Source: Archangium sp. (GTDB lineage Bacteria > Myxococcota > Myxococcia > Myxococcales > Myxococcaceae). From it: DNA of 32,428 nt. The position numbers and the translations under genes are program-made. Each line of letters begins with the position of its first letter. Within the stretch, counting starts at the first letter, position 1. The notes under the pieces were generated by a model. It made no database searches. It had not been told where the DNA came from and saw nothing but the letters and a program-made list of their open reading frames with translations. Where the stretch lies: NCBI GenBank assembly GCA_031367385.1, contig JANLPS010000423.1, positions 1 to 32,428 of the forward strand. Reading direction: 5' to 3'. This document shows, one piece after another, positions 1 to 13,349 of the stretch.

Positions 1-97
1 GCGCCTCGAGCGCGGGGTCGGCAGCGAGCGGCGCACGTGCTCACCGGGCGCGAGCTCTGCGTCGTGAGCGGCCCAGCGGGTCACCAAGGTACGAGAC

Positions 98-691
98 ATG
101 CGTAGCCCGCAGATTCGCAGATTCGCCGCTGCATTCGTGATGCTTTTGACCCTCGCCGCCGCGCCAGTGAAGAAGAAGCCTGCCGCGAAAGCCCCGCCGC
201 CCCCGCCGCCTCCGCCCCCGACCCAGCCGATGCCCAAGGTGCAGGAGCAGGTCGGCGAGCGCGTCACCTCGGTGCTGTTGCAATCGACCCACGTGCAGTC
301 GTGGCGGGTCTCTTCGACCGGCGGGCTTCAACCCGACAAAGCCCGCGCCATCGGCACCGATTTTCAACGCGAGGCCTCGGGCAAAGAGCTCGACGCCACC
401 GACCTCGCCAGCCTGCGCGGCGTGCTCTTCGACGAGAAGTCGTACCGCTTCGAGCAAGACGTCTCGAAGTGCAACTTCACCCCGAACCTCTCGTTTCAAA
501 TGCAGAACGGGCTCGACACCATCGAAGCGCTGGTCTCGTTCAAGTGCGCGCAGGTGCTCTATTTCATTGGCAAACCCGGCGGCCGCTGGCTGCCCGGAGG
601 CATGTTCGACGTGAAGCCCGCCCGCGCCAAGCTGCTCGAGCTCGCCAAGGCCACCATGCCGCAAGACGCGCCGACCCAGGCGCTCAAGTAG
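98..691 (+). CDS. Secreted hypothetical protein with poly-Pro linker
   Basis: 197-aa ORF with GC-rich third codon positions; signal-peptide-like N-terminus (RRFAAAFVMLLTLAAAP), then a Lys/Pro9 linker and a globular domain; stop abuts the convergent FKBP gene. Confidence 0.8.
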   Translation: MRSPQIRRFAAAFVMLLTLAAAPVKKKPAAKAPPPPPPPPPTQPMPKVQEQVGERVTSVLLQSTHVQSWRVSSTGGLQPDKARAIGTDFQREASGKELDATDLASLRGVLFDEKSYRFEQDVSKCNFTPNLSFQMQNGLDTIEALVSFKCAQVLYFIGKPGGRWLPGGMFDVKPARAKLLELAKATMPQDAPTQALK

Positions 692-1150
692 TCACTGCAG
701 CGAGACGTTGAAGATCAGAATCGCGTTCGACGGTATCGACGGGGGCGCGCCGCGCACGCCATACCCCAGTGAAGGAGGGATGATCAGCTGCCGCGAGCCA
801 CCGACCTTCATGCCGGTGAACCCTTCGTCCCACCCGGTGATGACCTCGCCGGTGCCGTAGTGAAACGCGAACGGCTTGCCTCCGGCGTTGCCATCGAAGC
901 GTGTGCCGTCGACCAACCAGCCGGTGTAGATGACGTTCAGCGTCTTGCCGAGCGCCACGTCATCACCCGTGCCCGCGCTCAAATCACGCACGTACTCGCC
1001 ATTCGAGAGCTTGGTCGACGCCGCCAGGTCAACCTGCAGCGCCGGCGCGAAGCCTGCGTCTTCGATGTGCGGTACCGGTACCGCCGTCGCCGGCGTTTCA
1101 CAACCCACCAGAAAAACGACCACGGCCAGCAGCGAGATTCGAAGCATCAT
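692..1150 (-). CDS. FKBP-type peptidyl-prolyl isomerase, lipoprotein
   Basis: FKBP motifs YTGWLVDGTRFD, VITGWDEG, MKVGGSRQLIIPPSLGYG, IPSNAILIFNV; lipobox FLVGC; start ATG 1150 overlaps the upstream stop (ATGA). Confidence 0.92.
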   Translation of the reverse strand: MMLRISLLAVVVFLVGCETPATAVPVPHIEDAGFAPALQVDLAASTKLSNGEYVRDLSAGTGDDVALGKTLNVIYTGWLVDGTRFDGNAGGKPFAFHYGTGEVITGWDEGFTGMKVGGSRQLIIPPSLGYGVRGAPPSIPSNAILIFNVSLQ

Positions 1151-1722
1151 GAACGGTGAGACCCTTTCTGCAGAACAAACAACAGCAGTACCCAAGCCAG
1201 CGCCGACACTCCAGCCTCCGAGCTGCACCCGCACGCGCTCGGAGGGCCGCCGGTGGTCTCCATCAACAGCTCGACCAAGAAGACGACCACGGTGTCGGGA
1301 GGAACCGCCGGTGGCGCTCCCCCGCAATAGGCCAGCCCGGGAGGGATGATCAGCTGCCGCACGCCGCCGCGGTTCATGCCGTCGAGCCCCTGGTCCCACC
1401 CGGGAAGCACCTGCATCGCGCCGTAGTTGAAGGTGAACACGCCGCCGTCAGACCCGACCTCATCGAACAACCCGCCGTCTGAGAGCCAGCCCTGATAGTG
1501 CGTGCTGATCAGCTCCTGCCTGGTCAGCGCCTTGCCTTCGCCGACCACCAAGTCGCGAATGTATTGGCCCCCGTCGAGCTTGGTCGAGGCGCCCAGATCG
1601 ACATTCAGCGCTGGGTCGAACGTGGTGTCTTCAGCGGCGACGACAGACGGGCACGGCCCGCCACAGGCACTCAACGCCACGACCCAGCCGATTGCGAACC
1701 AAGACCTCACCGCGAGCGCCAT
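1147..1722 (-). CDS. FKBP-type PPIase with N-terminal lipobox and MYXO-CTERM-like C-terminus
   Basis: HYQGWLSDGGLFD, VLPGWDQGLDGMNRGGVRQLIIPPGLAY; N-terminal LSAC; C-terminal ACGCSS + hydrophobic helix + basic tail; start ATG 1722 chosen inside ORF 1147..2163. Confidence 0.88.
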   Translation of the reverse strand: MALAVRSWFAIGWVVALSACGGPCPSVVAAEDTTFDPALNVDLGASTKLDGGQYIRDLVVGEGKALTRQELISTHYQGWLSDGGLFDEVGSDGGVFTFNYGAMQVLPGWDQGLDGMNRGGVRQLIIPPGLAYCGGAPPAVPPDTVVVFLVELLMETTGGPPSACGCSSEAGVSALAWVLLLFVLQKGSHRS

Positions 1723-1784
1723 AACGAAAAACGGGCCGCTCCGATACCTGGAGCGACCCGCGAACCATCGAAATGACCAGGGCT

Positions 1785-2324
1785 TTACAGCTCGCGGCTC
1801 ATCAACAAGCGCAGCTTGCCGCTCTTCTTCGAGACCACCGTGGCCACCGTAGTGAAATTCATCTTTCGGTAGAAATTCACCGCGTCGCTGTTCGCCGGGT
1901 CGACCCGAAGCGCCAGGGTCTTGCGGTTCATGTCGCGTGAGACCGAGAGCGCCTGATCCATCAGCATGTGGCCGATGCCCTTGTGGCGCAGGTCGGGTTT
2001 GACGATCAAATTTCGCAGGTACGCAGCGCCGGGCACCGGGCCGTCGCGCTCGATGGTGACGTACCCGATGGCGGAGTTGTTGTACTTGGCCACCTGGGTG
2101 AAGGGGCGCAGCTTGGTCAGCGCTTCGAGGCTCTCGGCCTCTTTCTCGCCCCGGCTCTTCCACGGCTCGCTCGATGAACGCATCTGCGCGATCAAGTTCA
2201 TGTCTTCGTCTGAGGGTACGGTGAACTTCACGTGGCCCTTGAGGTCAGGGGGCAGCTGCTTCACGTCAAGTCCGGGCGGCGGGGCGTTCGGCGTGGTGCT
2301 GGGGTCGACCTGTTTGCTCGTCAT
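1785..2324 (-). CDS. GNAT family N-acetyltransferase
   Basis: Acetyl-CoA motif LIVKPDLRHKGIGHMLM and VDPANSDAVNFYRKMNF; AGGAG RBS upstream of ATG 2324. Confidence 0.88.
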   Translation of the reverse strand: MTSKQVDPSTTPNAPPPGLDVKQLPPDLKGHVKFTVPSDEDMNLIAQMRSSSEPWKSRGEKEAESLEALTKLRPFTQVAKYNNSAIGYVTIERDGPVPGAAYLRNLIVKPDLRHKGIGHMLMDQALSVSRDMNRKTLALRVDPANSDAVNFYRKMNFTTVATVVSKKSGKLRLLMSREL

Positions 2325-2564
2325 ATCGGTGACTGCTCCTTCGGTATGGGTTCGAAAACACATCCCACCCTGGTGTTTCCGGCTCGGCCTGGGGTTGAGT
2401 CTAACTGCCAACGGCGTTCCACTCCATGATTGTTCGAAGTTCAGATCGGGCAGGTTTCTGCCTTCATTTGCCCACACAGCGCCGCTCGAGAATCACCAGC
2501 AGAAACGCCCAGGTGGGGTGATTCATACTGGGAAAGTATTTTGCAGAGGGGCAAGCTGCGCCAC

Positions 2565-3281
2565 GTGCAACTCAATCACGCGCAGCGAGAGCTGACCGTC
2601 AAGATCGTCTATTACGGGCCAGGGCTCTCGGGCAAAACGACGAACTTGCAGATGATTCACGAGCGCACCTCGACCGACGTTCGGGGCCGGCTGCTGACCG
2701 TCGAGACGCACGACGATCGCACGCTCTTCTTCGACCTCTTGCCCGTCTTCTTCAACACCGCGTCAGGCTTCAAAGTGAAGGTGAAGTTGTTCACCGTGCC
2801 CGGCCAGGTGATTCACAATGCAACACGGCGCATCGTGTTGCAGGGCGCCGATGCCGTGGCCTTCATCGCCGACAGCCGCCGCAGCGCCGGAGCCGAGAAC
2901 AATTCGTACTGGAAAAACCTGCAAGAGAACATGAAGGAGAACGGGCTCGACCCGTCGGTGACGCCGATCGTCATTCAGTTCAACAAGCGCGACCTGCCCG
3001 ACACCCGCACCGACGCCGAGATCGACGAGGCGAGAAAGAAGGGCAAAGAGCAGATCGTCGGCGCCATCGCCATTCGCGGGGTCGGCGTGCTCGAGACGTT
3101 GCACGCGGTGCTCCAGGCGGCCTACCGGTCGATCGACGCGAGAGCCGGGTTGTCGAAGAACATCGCGCTCGGCGAAAAAGAATTTCTCACCCAGGTGTTT
3201 GCGAACATCAACACCGCAGGGAGCGAGCTCGAAAAAGCCTACCCGTCGAAACGGCCGCTGACGGGAGAACGGCGACCTTGA
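2565..3281 (+). CDS. sofG: MglA-family small Ras-like GTPase, SofG-like
   Basis: KIVYYGPGLSGKTTN (G1), DRTLFFD, TVPGQ, NKRD (G4); C-terminal extension beyond the MglA core and no adjacent mglB point to the SofG-type paralogue (symbol from recall); GTG start at 2565. Confidence 0.8.
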   Translation: MQLNHAQRELTVKIVYYGPGLSGKTTNLQMIHERTSTDVRGRLLTVETHDDRTLFFDLLPVFFNTASGFKVKVKLFTVPGQVIHNATRRIVLQGADAVAFIADSRRSAGAENNSYWKNLQENMKENGLDPSVTPIVIQFNKRDLPDTRTDAEIDEARKKGKEQIVGAIAIRGVGVLETLHAVLQAAYRSIDARAGLSKNIALGEKEFLTQVFANINTAGSELEKAYPSKRPLTGERRP

Positions 3282-4762
3282 GAAACGGCGAGTCGGTTCT
3301 CCAGCGGCGCATTTCGCTCGGCGAGATGCTCGATGATGAGTCGTTCACCGACGTGGTGAAGGGCTTCGTCGAGCTCTACAAGGTCGGCATCAAGGTGTTC
3401 GACGACAAGGGCAGCAAGCTCGCCGACATCAAGATCGGCAACGGCGATTTCTGCGGCTACGTGTTCAGTTTTCCCGAAGGGCGCAGGCGCTGCACCGCCA
3501 CCGTCGGCCGGGTCAAAGACGGCCCGGTCGGTGAGAGCCACGGGGCGCGCTTGCCGGTGTTGGCGGGTCAAGACTTCGGCCCCGCGGGTGGCGGCATGGT
3601 CACCGTGCCCTGCTTCACCGGGCTGCGGTACATCATCTTGCCGATTCGCTGGGAAGGCGACGTGCTGGGCCGCGTCGTTTTCGGCCCCTTCTACCCGGAG
3701 GACCTGAAGGACTTCGCGCCCAAGACGCTGACCGACATCTCAGAGAAGTTCGACGTGTCGAACGCCAAGGTGCTGGTCGAGAAGGTGCGCACCGCCCCCG
3801 AGAGCACCATCGCTCGCATCATGGTGCACTTCGCGCGGCTGCTGCAGACGATGCTGTTCGCCGGTCAGAAGATGTTCTTGACCTCGCAGCTGCACATCGA
3901 GGCCACGCTCGAGCAGAACCGCGAGCTCGAAGAGCGAAACAAGAAGCTCGAAGACCTGAACGTGAAGCTCAAAGAGCTCGACCGGCTCAAGAGCGCGTTT
4001 CTGGCGACGGTGAGCCACGAGCTGCGCACGCCGCTGACCAGCATCATCGGCTACTCAGAGATGCTGGCCGAGGGCCTGGCCGGCGCGCTCAACGGTGAGC
4101 AGGTCGACTACGTGCGCACGATCATGGAAAAAGGCGAGACGCTGCTCAAGCTGATCAGCAGCATTCTCGACATCTCCCAAATCGAAGCGGGCAAGGTGCG
4201 CCTCAACTTCGAGCCGATGGACGCGCTCGATCTCGTCACCACGTCGATCTCCAGCATCAAGCCGCAGGCGCAGAAGAAGGGCGTGGCGGTCGAGGCGAAG
4301 GCTCCGGCGGCCAAGCTGGCGAAGGTCACCGGCGACCGAGACCGCTTGCGCCAGGTGGTGGTGAACCTGCTCGCCAACGCGGTGAAGTTCACGCCCAAGG
4401 GCGGCAAGATCACCGTTACCCTGACCGACGTCGCGCACCAGCCCGACATCAACGCTCAGGGGTACCGAATCATCATCGAAGACACCGGCGTGGGCATACC
4501 AGCTGATCAATTCGACAAGATCTTTCACAGCTTCTACCAGGTCGATTCGTCGTCGACCCGCGAGTACGGCGGCGCGGGCCTGGGCCTCGCCATCGTGAAG
4601 AGCTTCGTCGAGGGGCACGGCGGGTTGGTGCGGGTCTCGAGCGAGATGAACCACGGCTCGCGCTTCACGCTGATCTTCCCCTTGATACCGTCGACGCAGG
4701 CGCAGATTCAGATCACGCCGCCGGTGACCGCGTTGCAAGCGCCGCCCGAAGACCGCTTCTAG
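3278..4762 (+). CDS. Cytoplasmic sensor histidine kinase with PocR-like N-terminal domain
   Basis: H-box SHELRTPL, N-box NLLANAVKFT, G1 DTGVGI, G2 GGAGLGLAI; N-terminal Cys pattern (FCGYV..RRRC..PCFTGL) as in PocR domains; no TM segment; TTG start overlaps the GTPase stop. Confidence 0.9.
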   Translation: MRNGESVLQRRISLGEMLDDESFTDVVKGFVELYKVGIKVFDDKGSKLADIKIGNGDFCGYVFSFPEGRRRCTATVGRVKDGPVGESHGARLPVLAGQDFGPAGGGMVTVPCFTGLRYIILPIRWEGDVLGRVVFGPFYPEDLKDFAPKTLTDISEKFDVSNAKVLVEKVRTAPESTIARIMVHFARLLQTMLFAGQKMFLTSQLHIEATLEQNRELEERNKKLEDLNVKLKELDRLKSAFLATVSHELRTPLTSIIGYSEMLAEGLAGALNGEQVDYVRTIMEKGETLLKLISSILDISQIEAGKVRLNFEPMDALDLVTTSISSIKPQAQKKGVAVEAKAPAAKLAKVTGDRDRLRQVVVNLLANAVKFTPKGGKITVTLTDVAHQPDINAQGYRIIIEDTGVGIPADQFDKIFHSFYQVDSSSTREYGGAGLGLAIVKSFVEGHGGLVRVSSEMNHGSRFTLIFPLIPSTQAQIQITPPVTALQAPPEDRF

Positions 4763-4770
4763 AAGGCCGC

Positions 4771-5052
4771 TTATTTCTTGGGGGCAGCCGGCGCTTCGAA
4801 TTGATCGAGCCGGCACGAATTCGCGAAGTCGGCGGTGAGCTTCTCGCCCGCGCGCTTGCCTGCGAAGTAGCCGGCGACGCCACCGACGACGAAGAGGCCT
4901 GCCGCACAGGGCAACGCCGCGGGGCCGCAGACGGCTCCGACCTGCGCGAGCTGCGTGGCACCGAGCACCGCGCCCATGGTGGCAGACGCGCCGCCATTTC
5001 GCTCTTGCGACGCTTTGCACGCCTGGGGGTCGACTTGGCTGACGATTTTCAT
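4771..5052 (-). CDS. Small Gly/Ala-rich hydrophobic protein (glycine-zipper-like)
   Basis: 93 aa from ATG 5052 fills the gap between the kinase and malQ; GxxxG repeats (GAVLG, GGVAGYFAGKRAG); start uncertain. Confidence 0.55.
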   Translation of the reverse strand: MKIVSQVDPQACKASQERNGGASATMGAVLGATQLAQVGAVCGPAALPCAAGLFVVGGVAGYFAGKRAGEKLTADFANSCRLDQFEAPAAPKK

Positions 5053-5158
5053 GGCACAGGTGTTGTCGGCACCCGCCTCAAATAGTTGCCGCACCCGGGC
5101 GACAGCACAGCTCAACTCGCCAACCACCGTGCTACACGCCCCTGCCGGGGACACACAA

Positions 5159-9256
<4,098 letters not shown>

Positions 9257-9325
9257 GGCGCCACCCTAATGCGGGGTGACGGCTGTGTCTGAGGTCTCCC
9301 GACCCTGGTACAACCTGCGACCTCG

Positions 9326-10801
9326 ATGGCGAACGATCAACGGCTCGATGGCCCCAACGCCGATGCATTCTTGGCGGCCTGCTACACGGTCGCGCGCGAC
9401 GCGGTGCTGGTGGCTCCGCACTTCGAGCTCTCGGTGCAGGCGCTCGAGGCGACGTACAACGAGCGGCCGTTGCTGCCGACGCCGACCCTCGCGCTCGATT
9501 TGACCGCGCTCTTGTCCGGTGAGCGCCTGTTGCCAATCGCGCCGCTCTCCATCGAGCCGGTGCGTGATGCGATGCGGGCGTACGAAGATCATGTGCTTGC
9601 GCGGCTCACCTCAGACCGCCGGTGGACGCGGCTGGTCGAGGGTGTCACCGCGGCCCCAAAAGAGCTGAGGGCCTCGGCGATCGCGATGACCGTGGTGCAG
9701 GTGCTCGCGCGGCTCGGCGTCACCGGGGGCACTGGCATCAGCCAATTCATCGTTCGCCGCTTTGGAGCCCGCCCCGCCAGCGACGTGCTCAACCTGGGGC
9801 GCGCCTCGCTCTACGACCCGGCGATCGCCGCCCGACTGGTCGAGGGCTTCTTGCTCACGGCCAAGGCCGCCCGGCGCACCCGCGAGCTGCTCAGCGACGC
9901 CGAGGTCTTCGTGGTCGAGAACATCGCGGCGCTCAAGGGCCTCGGGCCCCGCGTCGCCCTCGCCCAGCTCGCCGAGGTCGCGCAGACGATTGAAGAGCGC
10001 TTGCCCACAAGGCTTCGGGGCCGCGTGTTCGAAGACGGTGAGGCGCCGACGTCGATTGAAGAAGACTCCGCGTACCCGGTCGGGGGCTTCAGCAGCATCA
10101 GCACCGTCGGCAACCTCGAGAACCTGGTCACCAGCGAGCTCATCTACATGGACGACGGCGACGCGCCACGGCCAGACCTGTTCGACATTCGGTTCGTCGA
10201 GGGCGAGCTGCTCTACTACGCGCGCGATGAGTCGGTGGCGGTGCGCAAGCGCCGTGCCTTGGTGCTGATCTTCGATGCGTCGTTGATTCGCGCCCGGGTG
10301 CTCGACGGCGGTGAAAAATATCAGCGGCTGGTCTGGTTGTTGGGCTCGATCACTGCGTTGATTCGCAAGCTGACCTCGTGGCTCGACACCGAAGCACTGA
10401 CCTTCGAATTGATCTTCACCGGCGCCGCGGCTGATCAACCGCTGGCCGAAGAAGAGGCGATCACCTCGCTGCTGCTGCGGCAGTTCAAAGAACGCGGGCA
10501 GCTCACGGTGCGCTTCGCCGAGACCTCGCTCGCGGCAGTGAAGCACGCGCGCGACACGCACAAGACGCGAGCCCGGGTGATGTTGTTCTTCACCAAGATA
10601 CCGCCGGGGCTCGAGGGCACCGGTGCACCCGACGCGTTGATCGACGCCAGCACCGCGCGCCCGGTGATTCACTGGGTCGATGCGCATGCAGCCGACAAAG
10701 AGGTGCCCAAAGACACGGCGGGCGCGTGGGCGCTGGCGACCCGGGCGCTGCTCGACGGGCTGCTCCGGCGGCAACGACGCGCGGGCATGCCGACCAGGTG
10801 A
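9326..10801 (+). CDS. Hypothetical protein with a MoxR-associated vWA-like C-terminal half
   Basis: 491-aa ORF; YPVGGFSSISTVGNLENLVTSEL...LFDIRFVEGELLYY followed by beta-strand LVLIFDAS, as in ViaA-like vWA partners of MoxR ATPases. Confidence 0.65.
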   Translation: MANDQRLDGPNADAFLAACYTVARDAVLVAPHFELSVQALEATYNERPLLPTPTLALDLTALLSGERLLPIAPLSIEPVRDAMRAYEDHVLARLTSDRRWTRLVEGVTAAPKELRASAIAMTVVQVLARLGVTGGTGISQFIVRRFGARPASDVLNLGRASLYDPAIAARLVEGFLLTAKAARRTRELLSDAEVFVVENIAALKGLGPRVALAQLAEVAQTIEERLPTRLRGRVFEDGEAPTSIEEDSAYPVGGFSSISTVGNLENLVTSELIYMDDGDAPRPDLFDIRFVEGELLYYARDESVAVRKRRALVLIFDASLIRARVLDGGEKYQRLVWLLGSITALIRKLTSWLDTEALTFELIFTGAAADQPLAEEEAITSLLLRQFKERGQLTVRFAETSLAAVKHARDTHKTRARVMLFFTKIPPGLEGTGAPDALIDASTARPVIHWVDAHAADKEVPKDTAGAWALATRALLDGLLRRQRRAGMPTR

Positions 10802-12009
10802 CCGCGTTTCCCCTGCTTGAGAGCCTGGCCGAGAGCGCACCCTTCGCGCTGGGTCAACGCATCGCGGTGGCACCCGGCTTCATTGCCAGCCGAGCGCCCA
10901 GCAGCGCACTGGTGTTGCCACTTTCAGCGAGCCGCAGCAGGTGCATCATCGAGCAGCTCGGCGCTCACTGGTGGGTGCGCGACCTCGGCGGCGTCGACGG
11001 TGTGTTTCACAATGGGGCCCGCCTCACCGGTGAAGGCGTCGCGCTGCTTCATCAAGACGTGCTCGAGCTGGCGCCGGGGCTCCCCTTCGTCTTCTTGCAG
11101 CGCGAGCAGATGCCCGCGGCGCGAAGCGACGCGCTCGAAGCGGCGATCGCCGCCAACCCCGACGACGGGGCACGCTGGCAGGTGTACGCCGATTGGCTGC
11201 TCGAGCATCAGAGCCCGCTCGGCGAAGCGATGACCCGCGACGCTCTCGCACCTGAACGCCGAGGGCAAATGCTGGGGGCGCTGGCGATGATGCACGACCT
11301 CGGAGCGTGCGAAATCGAGTGGCGGTTCGGGTTGCCCGCCAAGGTCGTGTTGCGCAACCCCTCGGAGGTCGCGCCGATCTTCGCGCCGCAGCACCTGGTC
11401 GACCTGTTGCGAGGCAACTCGGCCTTTCGCTTCATGCGGGCGCTCGAGGTCGATGTGCGCTCCTTCGGCAGCGGGGCCCTGGTCGACGCCTACGTCGAGT
11501 CGGTGCTCGAGCAGCTGGCGACGGGCCGATGGCCCATGCTCGAACGAGTGGTCTTCGGCCCGATGGCTCGCCGCGAGCTTCAGCGGCCTCAGCTGATCGC
11601 GCTCGAGGCGCTCAAGGCCCGCGTGGGCGCGCTCAAGACCACTGCTGATCAGCTCTTCGTCATGGCGCAGGGCGCCTCACTCGCAATCACCTCGGTGCCC
11701 CAGGGCGTCACCCTCAACGTGCCGACTACAGAACCGGTGCAGCTCAACCCGCACCGCAGCAACCTGGTGGGCGGTATCAATGACTGTCTGGTGGTGGCGC
11801 TTGGCGCTCCGGTCTCGACCCTCGCGGTGCAATTCGAGAATGAGCTCGATCGCTGGTGGGTCACTGATCTGGCGGCCACGCTCGGAGTGACCATCAATCG
11901 ATCAATGAAGGTGAACGGTCGGGCCCAGAAACGCGCGCAGCTGCGAGACGGAGATTTGCTAGAGCTGGTGCCGAACCTGCGCGTTCGATTTCACCTGCCG
12001 ATGCGCTGA
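10798..12009 (+). CDS. FHA - TIGR02996 repeat-companion - FHA-like protein
   Basis: WWVRDLGGVDGVFHNG (FHA), LEAAIAANPDDGARWQVYADWLLE (TIGR02996), C-terminal WWVTDL..VNGR..LRDGDLLEL; GTG 10798 overlaps the upstream TGA. Confidence 0.8.
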   Translation: MTAFPLLESLAESAPFALGQRIAVAPGFIASRAPSSALVLPLSASRSRCIIEQLGAHWWVRDLGGVDGVFHNGARLTGEGVALLHQDVLELAPGLPFVFLQREQMPAARSDALEAAIAANPDDGARWQVYADWLLEHQSPLGEAMTRDALAPERRGQMLGALAMMHDLGACEIEWRFGLPAKVVLRNPSEVAPIFAPQHLVDLLRGNSAFRFMRALEVDVRSFGSGALVDAYVESVLEQLATGRWPMLERVVFGPMARRELQRPQLIALEALKARVGALKTTADQLFVMAQGASLAITSVPQGVTLNVPTTEPVQLNPHRSNLVGGINDCLVVALGAPVSTLAVQFENELDRWWVTDLAATLGVTINRSMKVNGRAQKRAQLRDGDLLELVPNLRVRFHLPMR

Positions 12010-12084
12010 GCAGCCCCGGCGCGTGCTCGACGGCATGCAGCTGTTCTTGCAATCGGGGGCTCGGCCATCGAAGGTTCGCCGCCC

Positions 12085-12903
12085 GTGATGAAGCAATTTC
12101 CTGAAGGTACCCGGGCGCTCCCGGTGATGTTGCAGCGAAACAGCTTCGGCCCCCGGTTGGTGGCCCGCGCGGCTGACGTGTGGCGAGCGATGCAAGACGT
12201 GGTGGTCGACGAGTCGACCGCGGTCGGCTGGCCACCAGAGCGATACGCCGCCACCAACTGCATGTTCGTGGTGCGAAACATGACGGTCAAGCACCTGCGT
12301 GAGCTGCGAATCGGAGAGCCCCTGACCGGCTTCACCTGGGTCAGCCGCGCGCGGCGCTCGGTGCTCTTCACGCGCGAGGTGCGGCTCTTCACCGGCGATG
12401 AGTTGGTCGCCGGCGCGACGCAGGAATGGGCGTTTCTGACCCGCGATTTGGAGCCCACCAAGCCCGGCCCCGAGCTGTACGAGGCGTTTCCCATCATCGA
12501 GGGGTTACCGCGGGTCGAGCTGCCGAAGACCGAGCCCTTGCCGGCCGCCGCGCCGAAGCACGAGTTTCGCTTTCACACCTGGCACACGTGGATGGACCCG
12601 TTCGCGCACATCAATCACCCCGCGTACGTCGATTTTTGCGACGAAGCGACGTGCCGAATTCTGGCCAAGGCCGGCGTCGAGCCGCAACACCTCGTGCCGG
12701 TCTCCGAGCAGGTGCACTTTCGAGCGCCCATCGCGGCTGATCTCGAGGTGCTGGTCGAGACGGTGCTCACCGGTACCGTCGGCAACGCGGCCGTGCTCGA
12801 GCACCGGGTGTTCGTGGGTGACAAGATGTGTGCGATGGCCACGACCCTCCGAGCCCTGCTCGGAGACCCCGCCACGTCGTGGACGAAGGCCTTCGGGCCA
12901 TGA
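12085..12903 (+). CDS. Acyl-ACP/acyl-CoA thioesterase (double hotdog fold)
   Basis: Two hotdog-like halves; MDPFAHINHPAYVDFCDEA resembles DxxGHVNNxxY; start 12085 (GTG) or 12088 (ATG). Confidence 0.8.
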   Translation: MMKQFPEGTRALPVMLQRNSFGPRLVARAADVWRAMQDVVVDESTAVGWPPERYAATNCMFVVRNMTVKHLRELRIGEPLTGFTWVSRARRSVLFTREVRLFTGDELVAGATQEWAFLTRDLEPTKPGPELYEAFPIIEGLPRVELPKTEPLPAAAPKHEFRFHTWHTWMDPFAHINHPAYVDFCDEATCRILAKAGVEPQHLVPVSEQVHFRAPIAADLEVLVETVLTGTVGNAAVLEHRVFVGDKMCAMATTLRALLGDPATSWTKAFGP

Positions 12904-13349
12904 TCGGCTGGTCGTGGCTGCCCTTCGACCGGCTCTCGACCCGCGAGCTGTACGAGGTGTTGGCGCTGCGGCAGCGGGTGTTCGTCGTCGAGCAACGGTG
13001 TGTGTATCTCGATGCTGACGGGCTTGACCCCAGGTGCTGGCACGGCTCGGGCACGACCGAAGCAGGCCAGCTGGTGGCCGCTGCCCGCATCGTACCGCCG
13101 GGGGTGGTGTACGCCGAGCCCGCGATTGGCCGGGTGGCGACCGCTCCCGAAGTACGGCGTCAAGGGTTCGGCCGGGTGCTGATGCGCGAGGCGATTGATC
13201 AAACCAAGCGCCTCTACCCCGGGCAAGGCATTCGGCTCGGCGCGCAGTGTTACCTCGAGGCGTTCTACCGCTCGCTCGGCTTCACACCGGTCGGCGCCCC
13301 GTATGACGAAGACGGTATTGCGCACGTCGAAATGCTTCGCGAGGGGTGA
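12900..13349 (+). CDS. elaA: ElaA family GNAT acetyltransferase
   Basis: ELYEVLALRQRVFVVEQRCVYLDADGLD, IGRVAT, LGAQCYLEAFYRSLGF, YDEDGIAHVEM; ATGA overlap with the thioesterase. Confidence 0.92.
   Translation: MIGWSWLPFDRLSTRELYEVLALRQRVFVVEQRCVYLDADGLDPRCWHGSGTTEAGQLVAAARIVPPGVVYAEPAIGRVATAPEVRRQGFGRVLMREAIDQTKRLYPGQGIRLGAQCYLEAFYRSLGFTPVGAPYDEDGIAHVEMLREG

Noticed and set aside
2529..2545. GG-N10-GC element (GGGAAAGTATTTTGCA) and ATACT-N5-AGTAT palindrome upstream of the GTPase
   Set aside because: Poor -24 box, the predicted +1 would fall downstream of the likely RBS, and the palindrome is too short to be significant
4955..5158. Long N-terminal extensions in the ORF track (malQ from 4955; likewise katG 6649, GTPase 2430, moxR 25571, EIIA 21361)
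   Set aside because: Family homology and RBSs start at downstream codons; the extensions overlap other genes or regulatory DNA
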